The translations under genes were made by a program, and so were the position numbers. Of a stretch of DNA of 64,000 nucleotides, positions 35,778 to 49,599 are shown piece after piece (positions within the stretch are counted from its first letter, which is position 1; the number at the start of each line of letters is the position of its first letter). The notes under the pieces are model-generated. The model worked only from the letters and a program-made list of their open reading frames with translations. It searched no databases and was not told the origin of the DNA. The stretch comes from Oculina patagonica. Taxonomy: Eukaryota. Location: positions 30,938,001 through 31,002,000 of the forward strand of contig NC_135759.1 in NCBI RefSeq assembly GCF_052425735.1, read 5' to 3'.

Positions 35778-38700
35778 ACACTGTTGACATAACGTTTTGA
35801 AGATCTCACGCTCAAATTTTGGCAGAGCTAGACAGTCACGTAATGAATGAAATGATGTCTAAAATTACTTCAACAAGTCGGCATAAAAGCATTCATTATT
35901 CGCAGATTTCCTTTCACTGATTACCTTTAAACAGCTCGATATTTACACTGATTTGCGACAGAGGGACAAAGTGTGGACCAGTGTGGTGCTAAAACAAACT
36001 TAAGATAGTTGTCCTTTTTTAACGTTTTTATCAGTGGTCGATATAAGTCGATAGTTTATGCTTGTGACAAATTACACTGACAATTCGAGGCTTCTCTGCT
36101 GGACGCAGCTTTTCCTCCCGGCCAAGGACTCTTCAGAGACCTTACCCTTCTGCTTTGCTTTGGCAAACTCGTTAAGCATCGAACTCAAAGTCGCGTTCGA
36201 AGTATTGTGTACATTTTTTGCGGTTATGAATTATTTCACTTGCTGTTATTACTAATATTGCTGTTATTAGCATTAATTTGATAAATGTTATCGATACAGC
36301 CGGTATCTTTCCGAACGTGCAAGAAAGCATGGAGGAGTAGAGACTGCCTTTTCATCTGCGTCGAAGACAAATGCTGTATTTTAAGAATTGAGTTTTGTAA
36401 CAAGATTATTCGATAAAGAAAAGACAAGAAAAGATCAATCAATAAAGTAAACAAATAACACTTGAGGTGGAATCTGTTTGCTAAATTGATTACTCCTACT
36501 TATTGACCATATGGTGAATAGCGATACGGAAATGTTACTCTAATCATTCAACACCTAAACTCATTTCTTAAAAAAAGTGCGTCAAACAATTTAGTACTAC
36601 ATCAGGAAGGCTAATTTTATTGCGGAAGCTCAAGGGAGAGCACCGAGCTTGCAATGGAGATATAACGTTTACATGGTGCTCGACGTGCTCATTTCCACAT
36701 TTCCGAGGGGTTATCGAGGAAAACTAAAAACGAGCTTGTAGTCCAAGGGAGCTCAGTACAGGCAAGAGTAAGGTGCCACCATGTTAAACTCAAATTAAAA
36801 AGACCACTTTTTCTGGCTTTAATACTCAAGATTTCCTACCATATAATAAATCTCTTAATTTAATATTTTCAGGAGTTCTAATTGAAATTGGTGGGGGCAT
36901 ATTAAAAAAGGTACCTTTTAGTTTTTAATGGACGGCCGCATTCAAAAGAGTCAGCTATACATGCTTATAAGGAGGAGCTTATAGAAGAGGGGTACTACAT
37001 CTCACCTTTACGGTAACATATAAGCATCTGTTTAATACGGCATATTTGTAAACAAATGGCGCTTAGAGGGTCCTTAAAGTTAAATCATAACATTTCTGAA
37101 ATGTTTTCCCTGTGTAGTAAAGGCGATACATACGGTATTCTGATCTCAGTTCAATAATCTTTGCAAGCAGTTGCACCGGAGCAATTTCATCTCGATGTTT
37201 ATAATAACGAATGACTTGGTCTTTAGTACGTGGGTGGTGAAGGGAGGGGACACTGTCATTAATAGCACAAAAGGCACGTTCTGCTGTGAATTGCATAATC
37301 GTTGAGTGATTAAGTTGGAATAGTGGAATTCGTCCAGTTTTGGCCCCGAGTATTGAGTGAACTCAATGTGTTGAGAGTGTCTATTGTTCTCACTTTGTCT
37401 GAAATTTGGAACATGATCAGGGGCAGATACAGGTTCCACATGAATGCCGCCCGTTTCATTTTTTATAGCTTTCTGTTCCCTTATCTATCGCGTCGTTTGA
37501 GCACGAATGCCATTTTTAGCATGGCATTTTCGATAAGAAATGATTCAAGGTATTTGGATGAGCGTGAGATGGGTCACGTATGTTAAGTATATCCTGCCAG
37601 TCTTCATGATACATCAACAAGTGAGCTGTTAAAAGTCACAAGGATGGACCGAGTGGTGACACTCGCTTCTCTTGAGTATCTAAGTGACACTTGTAGCAAG
37701 CTTGGTTCTTGAGAAGACTGATTTACATGCGGCCACCACATGGAGGGCTTTAAAGTCTAGAGTTCTAAACTATTTCAGTTGTGAGTTGTGAGGCTATCAT
37801 TTGATGGATATCGGTTATGCTATGTTGTTCCTGTGGTTATTGTACTGATTGCGCACGTAAAGAGATTCATTCACTGAATAACATACCCGTAAATCAATAA
37901 CCTGTCGACAGAAGAAGAAACCCATCTGCCCCCGAAGGGTACTACTTGAACATTTGGGTGGGGGTCTGCAGCACGTTTATTGAAAACTTTACCCACTTTG
38001 TGGCCCAATCGGCCTTAAACACCATATCTTTTGAGCCGCCCATACGTAAATAGTTTATATCAGGGAGCTAGTATTTCCCCGTAACCACCTCTGTCTCCAG
38101 ACCAGAACTGACACCAAAGGGAGGTCTATTTTGCGTATTGTGCTGTGCAAAGACAGAAATTGAATATTAAGATTGCTTTCAGAACGATTTATCGTTTTTA
38201 ACTTGGATCACTGAACGACATTTCTATAAAACCCTTGTTGGAACTTGCAGTAAATCATGAAAACGCAAATTGATGCAATGACAGACTGTTGTTTCATTTG
38301 TTAATTCATTCACTCACTGATTGCTTGTAACAAGATGTTCATATGTTACTGATACGCCTCCATACATCTTCGCATGTTCTAACTGCTTGTTAGATTGTGC
38401 AGGAGTAGTAAGTACGGATAAACCAAAATTCCTTCTTATATGGTACAGAAACGAAGAATCTTTAACTTACATTATAATGAGAATATAAGTAGTTAGCAAT
38501 TTCAAGTTACAACAAACAATATCAAATAAAAAAACTGATGATAGCCTTTAAAGGGAACTATTTCCGGCCCATGATATGAGAGAAATGAGTAGCAACCGAG
38601 TGAACGTGCAAAAATGTAGGCATAATATTTGTTTAGCTATTTTTCAGCGTTATAAGTAGCTTAGGTTTCTCCGTATTATCATAATTGTTTTTCAAACGCA

Positions 38701-40327
38701 ATAACCGCGACAGGAAATTACTGCATCCGAGAAACAATCACAAAATCATTGTATTAATAATGAATATGACATTTCGGTTTTAGACTAATTACTGTGGAAA
38801 GGTGGAAATATATTAACAATTCAAAAAGAACCGATTCTTTCTTGTCCAAAATATTTTTTATTGATTGTTGTTCCAAAGGTTTTTGATTTAATTTGTGACA
38901 CAGATTTCTTTATTTTGATGCTCCACTGAAGGATTATCCACTTGCCGGTCTGGTTATGACAGTAATTTCACAATATATTCTTTGTTATCTTTGGAAATAC
39001 AAAGGACACCGCAAGGCAAAAAAAAGACAGGATCGACATGAAATTTTCGTGAGTGAGCTTCCTTCCATTTTCCCCTTCTGACCACGAAATCGAAATCTGT
39101 TTGACCGCGCGAGGGCAGAAACTACCGTTCGCGAAGAGGTGGTGATCACAGGAACAAACGGCTGTTAAAAATGTGTATCGCCCAACATCTCTTGTATGCT
39201 AACTCGAGAACGCAATCGAATGTAAACAAGATGATTTTGCGAAATTCTTTGGCTAAACGTCTTCAAAATTGTCTTCTTTCTTTAGCATTATCCATTTCAA
39301 TTTCGCCCTCGATGCACTACCTCTAATTACAAATTATACCCGTAACCAGTTCAGCTGCCGTAAAGTGTACATTTGTTATTAAGCTGACCAATCACTCTTG
39401 AACATAGTTTCAAGAGGGGAACAGAAAATATTGGTAGGAAAAATAAAGAGACAATCTCGTTTTGTGTGTTGCTCAAAATTGATAATGATGCCTCGATAAA
39501 TTGAAAAAGAGATAAAATGAACATGTATTCTCCCGCTGGTTCGGTGTCAATTAGTCCTCGACTTATGCAAAACAAGCCTCTTCCTCGTTATAATGAATAC
39601 GATCTACTTACTGTACAACCGATTTATTCAAACTGAAGAAGGCTTTGTATGTCTTTAATGAATCTTAATTGCTCTTTAGTGTATTTCAAAGCACTGGACA
39701 AGAAGGTAAATATTATCTCATGTTTATCTGACTGCCTAGCACCACGAAGTGGTTGGTAGGTTTTCTTTTCCGAAGAGCAATTAAGATTCATTTCCTATCT
39801 CAATGTTTATTGTAGATTGCTCAATAATTGGTTTTCAGGATCGAGAAATTGCACGAAATGTGACGGGAAGTATCAACACAGATAGAAATATCGGTTAAAG
39901 TATTCCAGTATTTGAAAGAGTTGCTTTAGCAATGAAACTGTGAACCATAATCAAAGATATATTTCAGTTTATCTAAATTGCACTTTGGAAGCTAAAGCTG
40001 CCTTTTCAATGTCTTTTTAATAAGCTCTCCTGGGACGCGACAATGTATTCATAAAGGAAGCCAAAAGTAACTGCATTGAAATCAATTCTGCTTTGCACTC
40101 AGCAAGAGATTAGTAAACTAACAAACATTTTTATGATCAACACTGAAGATTCGATCAAGACGACTAAACGAACTGCCTGGAGAATACAATTGGTGCCCGC
40201 GGGTCTGCAGCTATGAATCAGATCACATCAAAACAAAGCTGCGTAAAGAGTTGAATACATTTATCATCTAAACGCAAGAGACGGGCAATTATAGAAGAAA
40301 GCGTCGCATCAAAACAACGACTAAGAC

Positions 40328-41305
40328 ATGGCCGGAACGGATCAGAATATCTATGTGGTGGTTTTTCTCAGCATCCTTTCAGTTCTTATTGTTGTTTCAA
40401 ACTTCTGCGTTTGTTTCTTGGTTTACTTGAAGAAAGCTTTACGAACGAACACAAATTGGTTGATGGTGTCACTTGCTGTGTCGGACATATTAACAGGAGG
40501 AGTTTTACTACCTGTATACCTCGTCGAACCTACATCGATTGCCACTGGTTATCTAGTGTCCTTGATATTACTCTGGGGTGTCGCTAACCTATGCGCCGTA
40601 ACTTACGATCGATATATTGCAATAATAAAGCCATTGGAATACCCGTACCGAGCACCTAAGATACTCAAAAGGGCTCTCATACTGTCGTGGCTGCTTCCAG
40701 CCATATACTCCTTACTTCCCCTATTCTGGGACACAAATCCTACCCTCAAGATACATAAAGCGTACATGGTTTGCTTGCAGTTTTTTGGTATCATCGTGCC
40801 ATACATCTTCATTATTTTTGCCTACGTACGAATGTTTAGGCAGGTTCGACGAAGTTTGTCAATGAAAAAGAATATGGAATCCCTCAGAGTGCACAAGAAT
40901 GAACGAAGACGAATATCATCGGACGCCAAAGTGGCCAAAGTTTTTTCCATAGTTGCTTCAGCTTTCCTACTCTGCTGGCTGCCAATCATCTACATAACTA
41001 CCGCAGATATTATAAATAGGTATGACTTAATCCCTGATGCTCTTTCTATTGTTTCCTTTTTTACCATAGCGACCAGCTCACTGGTGAATCCACTTATGTA
41101 CGCTTTTCTCAAACCCGATTTCAAGATGGCCATTCAGACCTGCTTTCGAAAGAGCACTCGCACAGACACAGGGTCTACCATTCGCAGTCTTCCACTGGCC
41201 TCCTTGACCGCCGTCGGGACAGGAAGGAAATACGAGAAAAGATCAACAATTCGCATAGACAAGACAGAGGTCAATTCGTCAAAAGGAAAGACAAATTCCG
41301 TGTAA
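40328..41305 (+). CDS. Orphan class A GPCR, paralog 3, 325 aa
   Basis: SLAVSD, DRY, CWLP, NPLMY motifs. Very similar to paralog 4 across the 7TM core. Confidence 0.95.
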   Translation: MAGTDQNIYVVVFLSILSVLIVVSNFCVCFLVYLKKALRTNTNWLMVSLAVSDILTGGVLLPVYLVEPTSIATGYLVSLILLWGVANLCAVTYDRYIAIIKPLEYPYRAPKILKRALILSWLLPAIYSLLPLFWDTNPTLKIHKAYMVCLQFFGIIVPYIFIIFAYVRMFRQVRRSLSMKKNMESLRVHKNERRRISSDAKVAKVFSIVASAFLLCWLPIIYITTADIINRYDLIPDALSIVSFFTIATSSLVNPLMYAFLKPDFKMAIQTCFRKSTRTDTGSTIRSLPLASLTAVGTGRKYEKRSTIRIDKTEVNSSKGKTNSV

Positions 41306-44012
41306 AATTGTTTCTAGTGTCCACTACAAACTGCTAGTAAACCATTCCATAAAAAAAAACTCATAGTGGCAATAATCTACCACAGCGCTAAAACGAGTTC
41401 TTGCACTCTTTGTATATAACGTCTCGGCTCTTTTCGGCTTGAACATTACTACATTACCAATTTTACTACATTATAATCAAATATCTGCTTTAGAATGAGT
41501 AGAAAACCAGGCCCGGTCCGTGAACCAGGTCAAATAATCACCATTTGTGAAAGTGTGAACGCTGACACGATACACTAGTCAGTCGCACGATTAAAAGTGT
41601 AATTTAATATTTTTTGTTGTTCTATCCGTTATTTTTATTCGTTGTTCCAAGCAACTTTTACTACTTGAAAAAAAGGTATACATAATTACCGAGTTTATGA
41701 AAGCAAAAGGCTCAGTGAGATCATTTAGCCTCCCTTCTTTCCCTGCGTTATCAAATTCCTGTTGAGAAAGAAAAGCTTTTTTCTCGATTTTTTAAAATGA
41801 CTTCCAAGAAGACTCCTTGCTACTATTAATCAATTAGTTTTATGCTTTATTCTGTATTTGTTAATGACAAAAAATATTAGGGCTTACTCAAAACAAGGAA
41901 GCCCCAGAAAATCTCTGATTATTTTTTCAGTGAAAACTGGCATTTTAAAGTTTGGAAATAAATCAGACTGTCCGTTATCTGTAACCCATTCGGCCTTGTT
42001 TGAGATTGGCGCGAGCTCTGTACGCCATGCTGGGAGCCAAACATTTTCCGTCTTGGCAGATCAACTATTAAAAGTCAATCCGGTACGTATTGCAGCATAA
42101 CGCCAAATTTACTTATTTCTTTTATTGGTAAAAATATTAAGACATTTCGACGATGGTCGAAAGGCGGATGGATATTATTACGTTTCTAAGAGGGTTTAAA
42201 TTATTGGCTGAGGTAATGTTATCGAAAGGCGATGTATTTTCATTTTAAGAAATAATGTCATTTACCTAATTTTCCGTTTCATTCATAATCGTTTTTTACT
42301 TCTAAATTTTTGCAGTGGACTTAAATACATCAGTTTCTTATTCGAATAAATCATGGCAGCAGAGAAATTAGCATACTTTATCTGATACGTAGTAGGTTTA
42401 CATAGCTATTTTCCCGGCTTTTGTACTTTTAATGTTATTTTTGTCTATATTTCCTTTTCAATAATTAGTATGACGTTTTTTTTTTCGCACTTTTACAGAC
42501 TTCAAAATGCAAATGTAGATTGGTACTTTGAAGCAAAAAAAGAGAAAGAATGAAGTACAGATGTTTATCATATTGTTGATTTCAGCCGTTTGGAACCCAA
42601 AATATAATAATGATTCCAACATCAATCTTTTGTGCACCCCGCTGATTGAAAACATATCAAGAGTCATTAAACCGAAGGGAGAAATAATAAAGTACGTGTC
42701 TTTTTAAAGACCGTTCTAACTGGACAATACGAATGGAAAACTGTTCAATAAATTACGAGTATTCACCGAAGGAGGCATTTACTCTCTGGTACAGAATGAG
42801 TGTTTCAATTGTTCGATATTCCATTCTATACTTCAAAATGTGCGTAGCATGAATAAAATGCGTAGAAACTTATCCTAGTAAATTATCCCATTATGAAAAT
42901 ACAACAGTTATTTAATGTGGTGGTTTATTTTCACTTACATTTACGGTCACTGCACGACTCGTATAAATATTAAGCAGCAAAAGATCGTTCAAAACTAACA
43001 CTTATGAGGGCATATGATCTCGTGCAAGTTATTCCTTAGGTATGCTGAAAACCTTTTTTCAATTTAAGACTATCACTCTTGTACGATATTTGAGGCCCTG
43101 CCAGGGGGGGGGGGGGGGGGATATTTGTAAATTTAAAAAAAAAATTCCGCTGTCAACATACATCGTCAGTCAAACGGAAAAGCTCAGAAGAGCTCGCTAA
43201 GATCTCCAGCCATTATATACATTATCATCTGTAGCAGATTAATATAATGGAAATAAAGATTCAAAGGAATGTCAAAGTAATAAATGATGTTGATTGGCAG
43301 TAAAAAAGGGTGCTGCGAGGGAGCTAGGATGGATAACCCAAAGATAACTGCAAGGACTGATCAAACAACGTGTTTAGGAGGATACAATGTTTCTGCGGTC
43401 ACTACCAGCCTTCAAAAGGTTTATTGGAAAGAGGTTGGAAATATGATTTTCAAATTTTAAAGTGAGGGCCAAACCCGAGCGGAAGGGGAGGCTTCTTGTT
43501 ACCTCGATCCCTTAGCCTTGATCCCTTGTATTTTTGTCCGTTGTTCGAAAGCTCTCGGTTAATAGTGAGGTTTTTCCCTTAAAAGTGTCCAAAACTGATA
43601 ACCCTGTTCCCATGAAATAGGAAGGCCCTTAAAGGTGTTAACTTATCATTCCTACGCAATTTTGGTATTTATACGACCTGTACAGAGGATTACATTATTC
43701 AGAAATAGAGATTTCTTAAAAGGGCACAAAAATTCCAATCAAACAATAGACAAGTCAACTGTTTCTACTTTTGTCATGCTCAGTGAAACATAATTCTGCT
43801 TCGTTCATGATGTATTTCACTATAATCCCCTTTTCTCTGAGCTTTGACTAAAAACTTTATTTGCTTCCATGTATGCAGGGCTTAACTAGTGTCAACGTTT
43901 ACTTTAACAAACAAACTTAAACCAGCAGTGTCACGGTATGTTAAGCATTTTTCTGATTACTTTCAAATGAATGGGAACCTCAAAGTAACATACAGGTTTT
44001 AACGTAGAAAAA

Positions 44013-44141
44013 TGTTGTGGTTCAATTTTATCCTTGGTTTAAATTTTATTTTCCTTTAGTTTTGGGTAAGGTAATATATGATGATTAGTTTAAAACAAAG
44101 GAAAATAAAATTTGAACCAAGGATAAACTTGAACCACAACA
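44013..44141. mobile_element. Foldback MITE or near-perfect hairpin
   Basis: TGTTGTGGTTCAATTTTATCCTTGGTTTAAATTTTATTTTCCTTT pairs with AAAGGAAAATAAAATTTGAACCAAGGATAAACTTGAACCACAACA. Confidence 0.85.
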
Positions 44142-45402
44142 AAAACACTTACGAAGAAAAATCAACGAAAGCAAACCGAGGATGGTTTTGACCGAGAAAA
44201 ATTACGGAGGATTAAGGAGGATTTCAAGATGCGTTGTACATAACGTAGCTCCTCTAAGGCAAGAATTATTTTACGAGAAAATAGTCAACGAGGCGTAGCC
44301 GAGTTGATTATCGTTCGTACAGTCCAAGATAGTACCCTGTAACAGGAACATACACGCATTGCGAACCTGTATTCTTATTATTTGTGAGTCATGCCCAACT
44401 AATACGGAGCGTAAATCACTGCTGTATTGACTGTTCTTTAATACAAATGAAGCTTCGTCTTCGTTATCTTAAACATAATTAACAATCACAGACTATGAGC
44501 TGCAAGAATATAATATCAAAAACAGCCTGAAAAAGAATTATCTCGGTGATGCAACGACCCTTTCTCTACAGTATCTTATTATTATTATTTTGCTTTCAGC
44601 TTGTTTTTGTTTTTGGCGGAGGAAACACTTATTTCAAGTGTTTTAGTCTGTAAAAGCACTTAATCAGGGATGGGCGAATAATTGAGGAAATGTAGTTTCA
44701 CATATGAAAAACTTGCTTGACCGATACCAAAATAACCTCTTTTTGGCCTATGGTACAAGAGGTAACATGGTAATGTAGGCATGGTTTTTTCTTTCTATTT
44801 TGTTAAGTGTTAGAGCCATTAGCTTCGGTTGTAATATAATTGCAGTAATAATTGCCAAATAATTACTCGAGGAAAGTCTTGACACTGGTCCAATCTGTTT
44901 ACGAGTAAATGCCGCTCGAATTAGTAAAGTTTTAAAACCCTCAAACCGTAATATTGAATTCTTAAAGAAAGAACTCCCCACAGATCATAGAATTATTCTA
45001 TTCATAATTGATGTGACATTTCGGTTTTGGACGAATTACCACAGAAAGGTCGTAGCATGAAGCTGTCATTGCCGAAATAACGAGCTCTCCCGGCTCGCAA
45101 CAAAATATTCATAAAAAGAGATGTAAACGCAACTTGGCATTCACGTCAACTGTGCGTTCAGCGAGGGATTAGTTAACTAAACAAGAACTACAACAAGATT
45201 CAGTCAACGAATACCGAAAGGACACGCGAAAGCGGATGAGCAATGGTTTACTAATATACCAACGTCGAAGAAAGTCACAAAAATCGCAAGTTCTTTACAG
45301 AGTTGAATACATTTATTATTGAAGCTCATCAAAAACTCAAGTAAAGAGCCATTACGAAAGACAGCGTCGCATCAAAAGCGACCGACTAAGGTCGACGGAA
45401 AC

Positions 45403-46371
45403 ATGGCAGGAACGGATCAGAATATCTATGTGGTGGTTTCTCTCAGTATCCTTTCAGTTCTTATCGTTGTATCAAACTTCTGCGTTTGCTTTTTGGTTTA
45501 CTTGAAGAAAGCTCTACGAACGAACACGAATTGGTTGATGGTGTCACTTGCTGTGTCGGACATATTAACAGGAGGAGTTTTACTGCCTGTATACCTCGTC
45601 AAGCCCACATCGATTGTCACAGGTTATTTGGTGTCCATTATATTACTTTCGGGTGTTGCTAACCTATGCGCGGTGACTTACGACCGATATGTTGCTGTAA
45701 TGAAGCCACTGGAATACCCGTCTCGGGCACCCAAGATTCTCAAAAGATCTATTATACTTTCGTGGCTGCTTTCAATTGTTTACTCCTTACTTCCCCTGTT
45801 CTGGGACACGAATCCTGCCCTCATAATACATAAAGCGTATATGGTTTGCTTGCAGTTTTTTGGAATCATTGTGCCGTACATCTTCATTACTTTTGCCTAC
45901 GTGCGAATATTCAAACAAGTTCGACGAAGCTTGGCAATGAAAAAAAATCTGAAATCTTTTAGAGTGCACAAGAATGAACGAAAACAAATATCAGCGGATG
46001 CCAAAGTGGCCAAAGTTTTTTCCATAGTTGCTTCAGCTTTCCTACTCTGCTGGCTGCCAATCATCTGCATAACAACCGCAAGAATAATAAACAGGATTGA
46101 CGTCATCCCTTATGCTCTGTTTATCGTTTCTTTGTTCACCGTGGCGACTGGATCATTAGTGAATCCACTTATGTACGCTTTTCTTAAACCGGATTTCAAG
46201 ATGGCCATTAGGGACTGCTTTCTAAAGAGTACTCCCAAAGCCATGCGCAGTCTCCCATTGACTCCGGTAAAACAGGAACGAAGACGAAAGACCGAGCTGG
46301 GCAATTTATCAAAGGAAAATAACGATTCTGCAGAAGATTCGTCACAAATTTCACTAAACTGCAGATTATGA
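45403..46371 (+). CDS. Orphan class A GPCR, paralog 4, about 322 aa; recent duplicate of paralog 3
   Basis: Same motifs. Start set at ATG 45403 (MAGTDQNIY, matching the paralog 3 N-terminus) rather than the TTG at 45319. Confidence 0.95.
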   Translation: MAGTDQNIYVVVSLSILSVLIVVSNFCVCFLVYLKKALRTNTNWLMVSLAVSDILTGGVLLPVYLVKPTSIVTGYLVSIILLSGVANLCAVTYDRYVAVMKPLEYPSRAPKILKRSIILSWLLSIVYSLLPLFWDTNPALIIHKAYMVCLQFFGIIVPYIFITFAYVRIFKQVRRSLAMKKNLKSFRVHKNERKQISADAKVAKVFSIVASAFLLCWLPIICITTARIINRIDVIPYALFIVSLFTVATGSLVNPLMYAFLKPDFKMAIRDCFLKSTPKAMRSLPLTPVKQERRRKTELGNLSKENNDSAEDSSQISLNCRL

Positions 46372-46654
46372 ACAGAAGTGGAAATTTGCCAAATGGAAAA
46401 AGTAGTCGAGGATCAAGGCAGTATTAGGAACCTGTGATACGAACAACAAGATACAACCACTTTGCTGCACACGCCATCCTTCCTTTATTCGTAGCTGCTG
46501 GTAAATAATAATTTTGTTAATGCAAGGACATCAAAACTGCTGAGTCCTGGTTGACAAAAACAATCTAACCATCGAGAGTACATTAATTTGCTCCGTTCTG
46601 ATAAGGGGAGCACGTCGCTTAAAGTTCACTTAAAGCAAACCTCCACTGTTAGAA

Positions 46655-47055
46655 TTAAAGGGACTGTGACGGCCGAATTTAGTCTATCTTATTAAGTTTT
46701 GCCATATACGTGAACTCGCTATGAAACTTTTTAGCAAAGAAATTACCTCTATGGATCTAAATGACCGTCAAAACTAGCTTCATTACAAACAAATGTGTCC
46801 TCCTGGGCGTTATAATGTTTGCAGGCTACAAAACAACGAGACTTTTAACTTTGAAAACTGTTCATCCTGACAGTTTTTCAAAAATCTCTTTTAAGCTTTT
46901 TAAATTTTTGTCTATTTATACCTTCTTTTGCATTTGCTGTGTTATTGATATGTTACTTCGATGTTATTCACGGGTTATTTTTATATTTCATTAAGAATAT
47001 GGTGGCCATTTTCTTATGTCTAAGTTTGGCTACAATCTGTGACACAGTTCCTTAA
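46655..47055. mobile_element. TTAA-flanked non-autonomous TIR element
   Basis: Imperfect termini TTAAAGGGACTGTG ... CACAGTTCCTTAA. Confidence 0.55.
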
Positions 47056-49020
47056 AGTGGGAAGAGCAATTAAGTCACAAAAAAACATGATACAAAAATA
47101 TGCCTTGCGTTGCTGGTTTTACAAATTCAGCAGTATCATTTTGGATTTTGGGACGTCACAAAGTTGTCCCAGTAAAACGATTAGAAAACAAAGTCTTTAC
47201 GAGCAGGAAGGTTCGAAAATCAAAATAGTTTATTCTTAATTAATCAAATTTTATTCCAACACAAAGATATTTTTACTATGTTCTCAACACATTTTAAATG
47301 ACAGTCTGTTCCAGCAGCGGTGGTTTTCTTTGAAGCAAATTTTTAATCAAACGTCAAAGAAAATACCATGTGTGGGTTTAAGTTTTGCCTAAAGATGTGT
47401 CGTAGAACTTTAATAACTTCATTAGATTGTAGCTTAGAAAGAAAATGACAGTTTGTTTTAAATATCATTCAAGTGAGGAATTGTTTGTGTCAAAGTAAAA
47501 GAAAATCTCTGAAAACTCCATTTGAAGCAACTTCATTTGGTTTGTTAGCGGGAAATTTAACCTTGCAGCAATAAAACACACCTGCATGTTATTGGTTTTT
47601 GGTCTTTTTAATAGCATAAACCAAACCTTCCAAGTGCAATCTGATGTGAATGCTGACTACCAGTCATTTGCGACACGTTTTTAAAGCTCGTAGTTTTCGC
47701 CGGAGGTCTTACGTCTCCCGTGTCACGAATCTTATTTAACGTCAAAAATGCCGCCAGATTCCTGATGAGGCAATAATATCAAAACTTCTTCGGGTAAATG
47801 CTACAAGGATCACTGAGTCACAAATCTCCGGTGTGAAAACTGATATTTTGATATTAAGATTACTGACCTGACAATAAATTCACGCGAATTATTTTACAGT
47901 AATTCTCTGGTAGTGTATCTGCCCCATAAACAGCTGAGCAACCTATGAACTATACTAGTTTGTTCGTTCAGTATTGGGAAATATTGGTCGAGTTCCCTTT
48001 GTGGAGGTATGCAAAGTCCATCTCCTTGACGTTTTTCTACTTGACTTTGACTTGATTGTAACTGAAAAGAACACTATAGAAGTGTCAAGACAAATACCTT
48101 ATTGATTAAGTTCGAGGGGTTAAGCCAAAAATACGTAATTCACATAAAAAAAATACGATAAAAACGTTTAAAATGAATTTTCGCGGGTCTTTAATTTGGC
48201 GATTTTTTTGAAAATCGCGAAAATTAAGTCCCACAAAAATAAGTAACAATAAGGTAAATCACTTCGACCCATGCACTATGCCTCACTTTGTGAACAACCA
48301 ACGTCGCACCGCTAAAGCCAAGTACTTGACACTGAAGATACCCAGCAGATAAATAAGGTAGAAATCCGCTAAAACATTTCACACTAACTTGACAATATAT
48401 GAACTAAACAGCTGAAAATTTCCTATAGGGTTTTTCTTTTCATTTTGTCTCCCAGGTTTCTTTGCGAGTGACCGCGCTTTGCGCACAACTTGGCGAAAAC
48501 GCCCGATAATGACGAACGTAATCCACCTGACTGGCAGGGTATTTTATTATGCTCAGATCGCCCAGCTGGTCGTCAAGATGTTGAAATTTTGAAAGTGTTA
48601 CCCTATCAAAATCGTGTTTATTAACGTAACGTTACTAATATTAGACAATCCTGTGTTTATTTCATTTAAAAAACACAGGAATAATATACAAAATCCAATC
48701 CTGTGTCAAGCTGAGTACATCAGTTCAAATTCAACCGGCATAAAGCGCTCGACAGGGTGGTCTCCTAATTTCCCCTAAAACAACATTTTCTTTTACTTTT
48801 GGCCAGACGGGTGATGGAAGTCATACAAATTTGTCATAGGAAATTGTTTTGAACAGTGTGACAACAAATTCTCAATAGACTGTTTGAACAGTCAGCGAGG
48901 TAGATTGAACCTCCAGCTTGGGACTTTTTAAAAGAGCTGTGAGAAAGCAGAAGGTGCTTCTACCGTGACAGCTGTACTTTTAAAGTGCCCTTGGCCTTTT
49001 TCGTTCTTCAAGTTAAGTTA

Positions 49021-49523
49021 GGCCCGGGCCAAACGTCGAACTTCACAGAGCGAATTAAATTGCAATTGGCCGTTTTTATGAAAGAAACCTGTTACCTGTC
49101 TGGAAGAGCTTCGGCAAAAAAAATGTTGTTCGTCTGGTTATGCGCCTCCAGTATAAAGACAGGCACAAGACGCGTTACCCGTCTATACGAGTTTCCTTTC
49201 GTTATCCGTCTTTCAAGACGCATTTCAAAAAGGAGCTCGTCTAGACGGGTAACTCGTCGTGTACCGGCAGCAAGAACGAATATTTTGAGGCCAAATTCTC
49301 ATACAAATTTTAAATTTATTCTTTATGTTCTTTTCATGAAAGAAAACGTTTGTCCCACAGTCGATCTCCACACGTTCTTTCCATCTGAAGCAGACGGATA
49401 GAACGTGTTCGTCGATCTTAATTTAGTCGGATGAACTCAACTGAGTCAAACGTCGAACTTATCATGAACTTAATTCGCTCAGTTTAGTTCGTCTCATGTA
49501 AAGTTCGACGTTTGGCCTGGACC
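49021..49523. mobile_element. MITE with TTA/TAA flanks
   Basis: TIR GGCCCGGGCCAAACGTCGAACTT / AAGTTCGACGTTTGGCCTGGACC. Explains spurious ORF 48985..49401. Confidence 0.85.
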
Positions 49524-49599
49524 TAACGCACTGGTTTTTTTTTTAATTTTCTTTTTTCAATAACATTGAACGCCGCTAGTTATTTTTAAAATCAGCATC

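Noticed and set aside
45319-45402. N-terminal extensions from GTG/TTG starts (also 9607, 51216, 58100, 16662)
   Set aside because: These come from the ORF caller's alternative starts. Downstream ATGs match paralog starts or have good context.
48985-49401. 138-aa ORF, and ORFs at 15026, 15259, 18222, 21699, 22039, 31050-31468, 60489 and 60838
   Set aside because: They lie in MITEs or SINEs and show no transposase or other domain motifs.
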